Shown one piece after another: positions 62,061 to 64,000 of a stretch of 64,000 bases of DNA. A program made the translations under genes and the position numbers. Origin of the DNA: Leucoraja erinacea (taxonomy: Eukaryota); assembly GCF_028641065.1 (NCBI RefSeq), contig NC_073405.1, positions 20,398,001 through 20,462,000 on the forward strand, written 5' to 3'. Every line of letters begins with the position of its first letter. The first letter of the stretch is position 1. The notes below the pieces were generated by a model. It ran no database searches and was not told the DNA's origin. It saw only the letters and a program-made list of their open reading frames with translations.

Positions 62061-62267
62061 AATGGTCTGACTAAAGGAGGAATTCAAGAGGAGTCATAGA
62101 GTGATACAGTATGGAAACAGGCCCTTTGGCCATGCTTGACAAGCCAACCAACATGCCCCATTCACACTAGTCCCACCTAGCTACATTTGGCCCTTATCCT
62201 TCTAAACCTATCATATCCATGTACCTGTCCAAATGTTTTTTAATGTTATGATCGAACCTGCCTCAAC

Positions 62268-63900
62268 TATCCACTTTGATGGCAAAAACAGGAATGCAGA
62301 CTATTATCTAAATGGTGGCCGATTAGGAAAAGGGGAGATGCAACGAGACCTGGGTGTCATGGTACACCAGTCATTGAAAGTAGGCATGCCGGTGCAGCAG
62401 GCAGTGAAGAAAGCGAATGGTATGTTAGCTTTCATAGCAAAAGGATTTGAGTACAGAGAAGGTTCATCAGACTGATTCCTGGGATGTCAGGACTTTCTTA
62501 TGAAGAAAGACTGGATAGATTTGGCTTATACTCGCTAGAATTTAGGAGATTGAGGGGGGATCTTATAGAAACTTACAAAATTCTTAAGGGGTTGGACAGG
62601 CTAGATGCAGGAAGATTGTTCCCGATGTTGGGGAAGTCCAAGACAAGGGGTCACAGCTTAAGGATAAGGGGGAAACCCTTTAAGATCGAGATGAGAAAAA
62701 CATTTTTCACAGAGTGGTGAATCTCTGGAACTCTCTGCCATAGACAGTAGTTGAGGCCAGTTCATTGGCTATATTTAAGAGGGAGTTAGATGTGGCCCTT
62801 GTGGCTAAAGGGATCAGGGGTATGGAGAGAAGGCAGGTACGGGATACTGAGTTGGATGATCAGCCATGATCATATTGAATGGTGGTGCAGCATCGAAGGG
62901 CCGAATGGCCTACTCCTGCAACTATTTTCTATGTATCTATGTAACTACCACCTATGGCAGCTCGTTCCATATAACCACCAGCCTCTGTATGAAAATGTTG
63001 CACCTCAGGTTCCTAATAAATATTTCCCCCCACACAAACCTATGTCCTCTGGTTCTCAATACTCTCCTCTGGGTAATAGGCTCTGAGCATTTACCCTATC
63101 CATTCCTCTCATGGTCTTGATATAAGATCACCCCTCATCCTCCTGCTCAACCTTCCTTTTGTTCAGGCATTCAAGTTCTGGCAACATCCTTGTAAATCTT
63201 CTCTCCATCCTTTTCAGCTTAGCTCAGAACTTTCCCATAACAGGGTGACCAAAGCTGAACACACTACTCCAGATGTGGCCTCACCAGTCCTGAACAGCTG
63301 TAACATAGCCTCCCAACTTCTATACAGTACCCTGACTGGTGAAGGCCAATATAACACCTTGACCATCCTACCTACCTGTGATGCCACTTTCAATGAACTA
63401 TGCACCTGCACTCCTAGAGATCTCCACTGTGTAGGTCCTGCCCTGGTTAGACTTGCCAAAATGCAACACATGCTTATCTGTATTAAACTCAATTATTCCT
63501 CAGCCAACCTGAGCAAGATCCTGCTGCAATTTTTGACCACCATTTTCGCTATCCACAATACCACTTTAGTATCATCTCAAACTTACCAATCGTGCCTAGT
63601 ATGTTCTCATCCAAATCATTGATATAGATGACAAAATAGTAATGGGCCCAGCACTGAACCCTGAGACACACCACTAGTCACAGGCCCCCAGTTCGAAAAA
63701 CAACCTCTCACTATCACTGTTTGCTTCTTCCCATTAAGCCAATTTTCCATCCAGTTGGCTAACTCTCCTTGGATCTTATGTAATCTAACTTTCCAGAGCA
63801 GCCTTCCATACGGATCCTTGTCAAATGCCTTGCTGAAATCAATACATTCTATGTCTACAACTCTGCCGTCACCATTTTGGTTGCATCTTCAAAATCTTCA
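62268..63900. mobile_element. CR1-clade LINE fragments: a plus-strand piece (62268-62940) nested in older minus-strand CR1 sequence
   Basis: 'RDLGVMVHQSLKV...AVKKANGMLAFI' and 'RRLRGDLIETYKILKG'. Minus-strand RT relic at 63000-63900. Confidence 0.85.
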
Positions 63901-64000
63901 TTATCTGTACATGTCTTTTTCCACAGTAAAAGCAGGAGAAATACTCATTGAGGGTCCACTCAGAGATGATTGCTTTAATCCCTGAGGGGCTCTATTCCCT

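Overview
Repeat-rich vertebrate genomic DNA, most likely a cartilaginous fish such as a skate or ray (inferred from V-SINE/HE1-type SINEs, CR1, Rex/Babar and Penelope-derived repeats), with three assembly gaps. Host genes: (1) first coding exon and CpG-rich promoter of endophilin A2 (SH3GL1), minus strand, with the rest of the gene off the left edge; (2) a complete four-exon SLC46A2/TSCOT-like MFS transporter, plus strand, 30044-45939, 439 aa; (3) a small ubiquitin-like ORF on the minus strand (60476-60775) that aligns without gaps to the TINCR-encoded microprotein (pTINCR/TUBL) as I recall its sequence. Mobile elements: a nearly intact DIRS1 tyrosine-recombinase retrotransposon (22635-27450) with ITRs, ICR and a readable ATT crossover inside a V-SINE; a complete non-autonomous Helitron; a composite hAT element carrying a copy of the SH3GL1 promoter; a Tc1 relic; Tx1, Rex/Babar, CR1, HERO and Penelope fragments; several palindromic MITEs; and many Penelope-derived repeats with minimal hammerhead-ribozyme cores. 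All homology calls come from motif recognition and memory. No database search was run.
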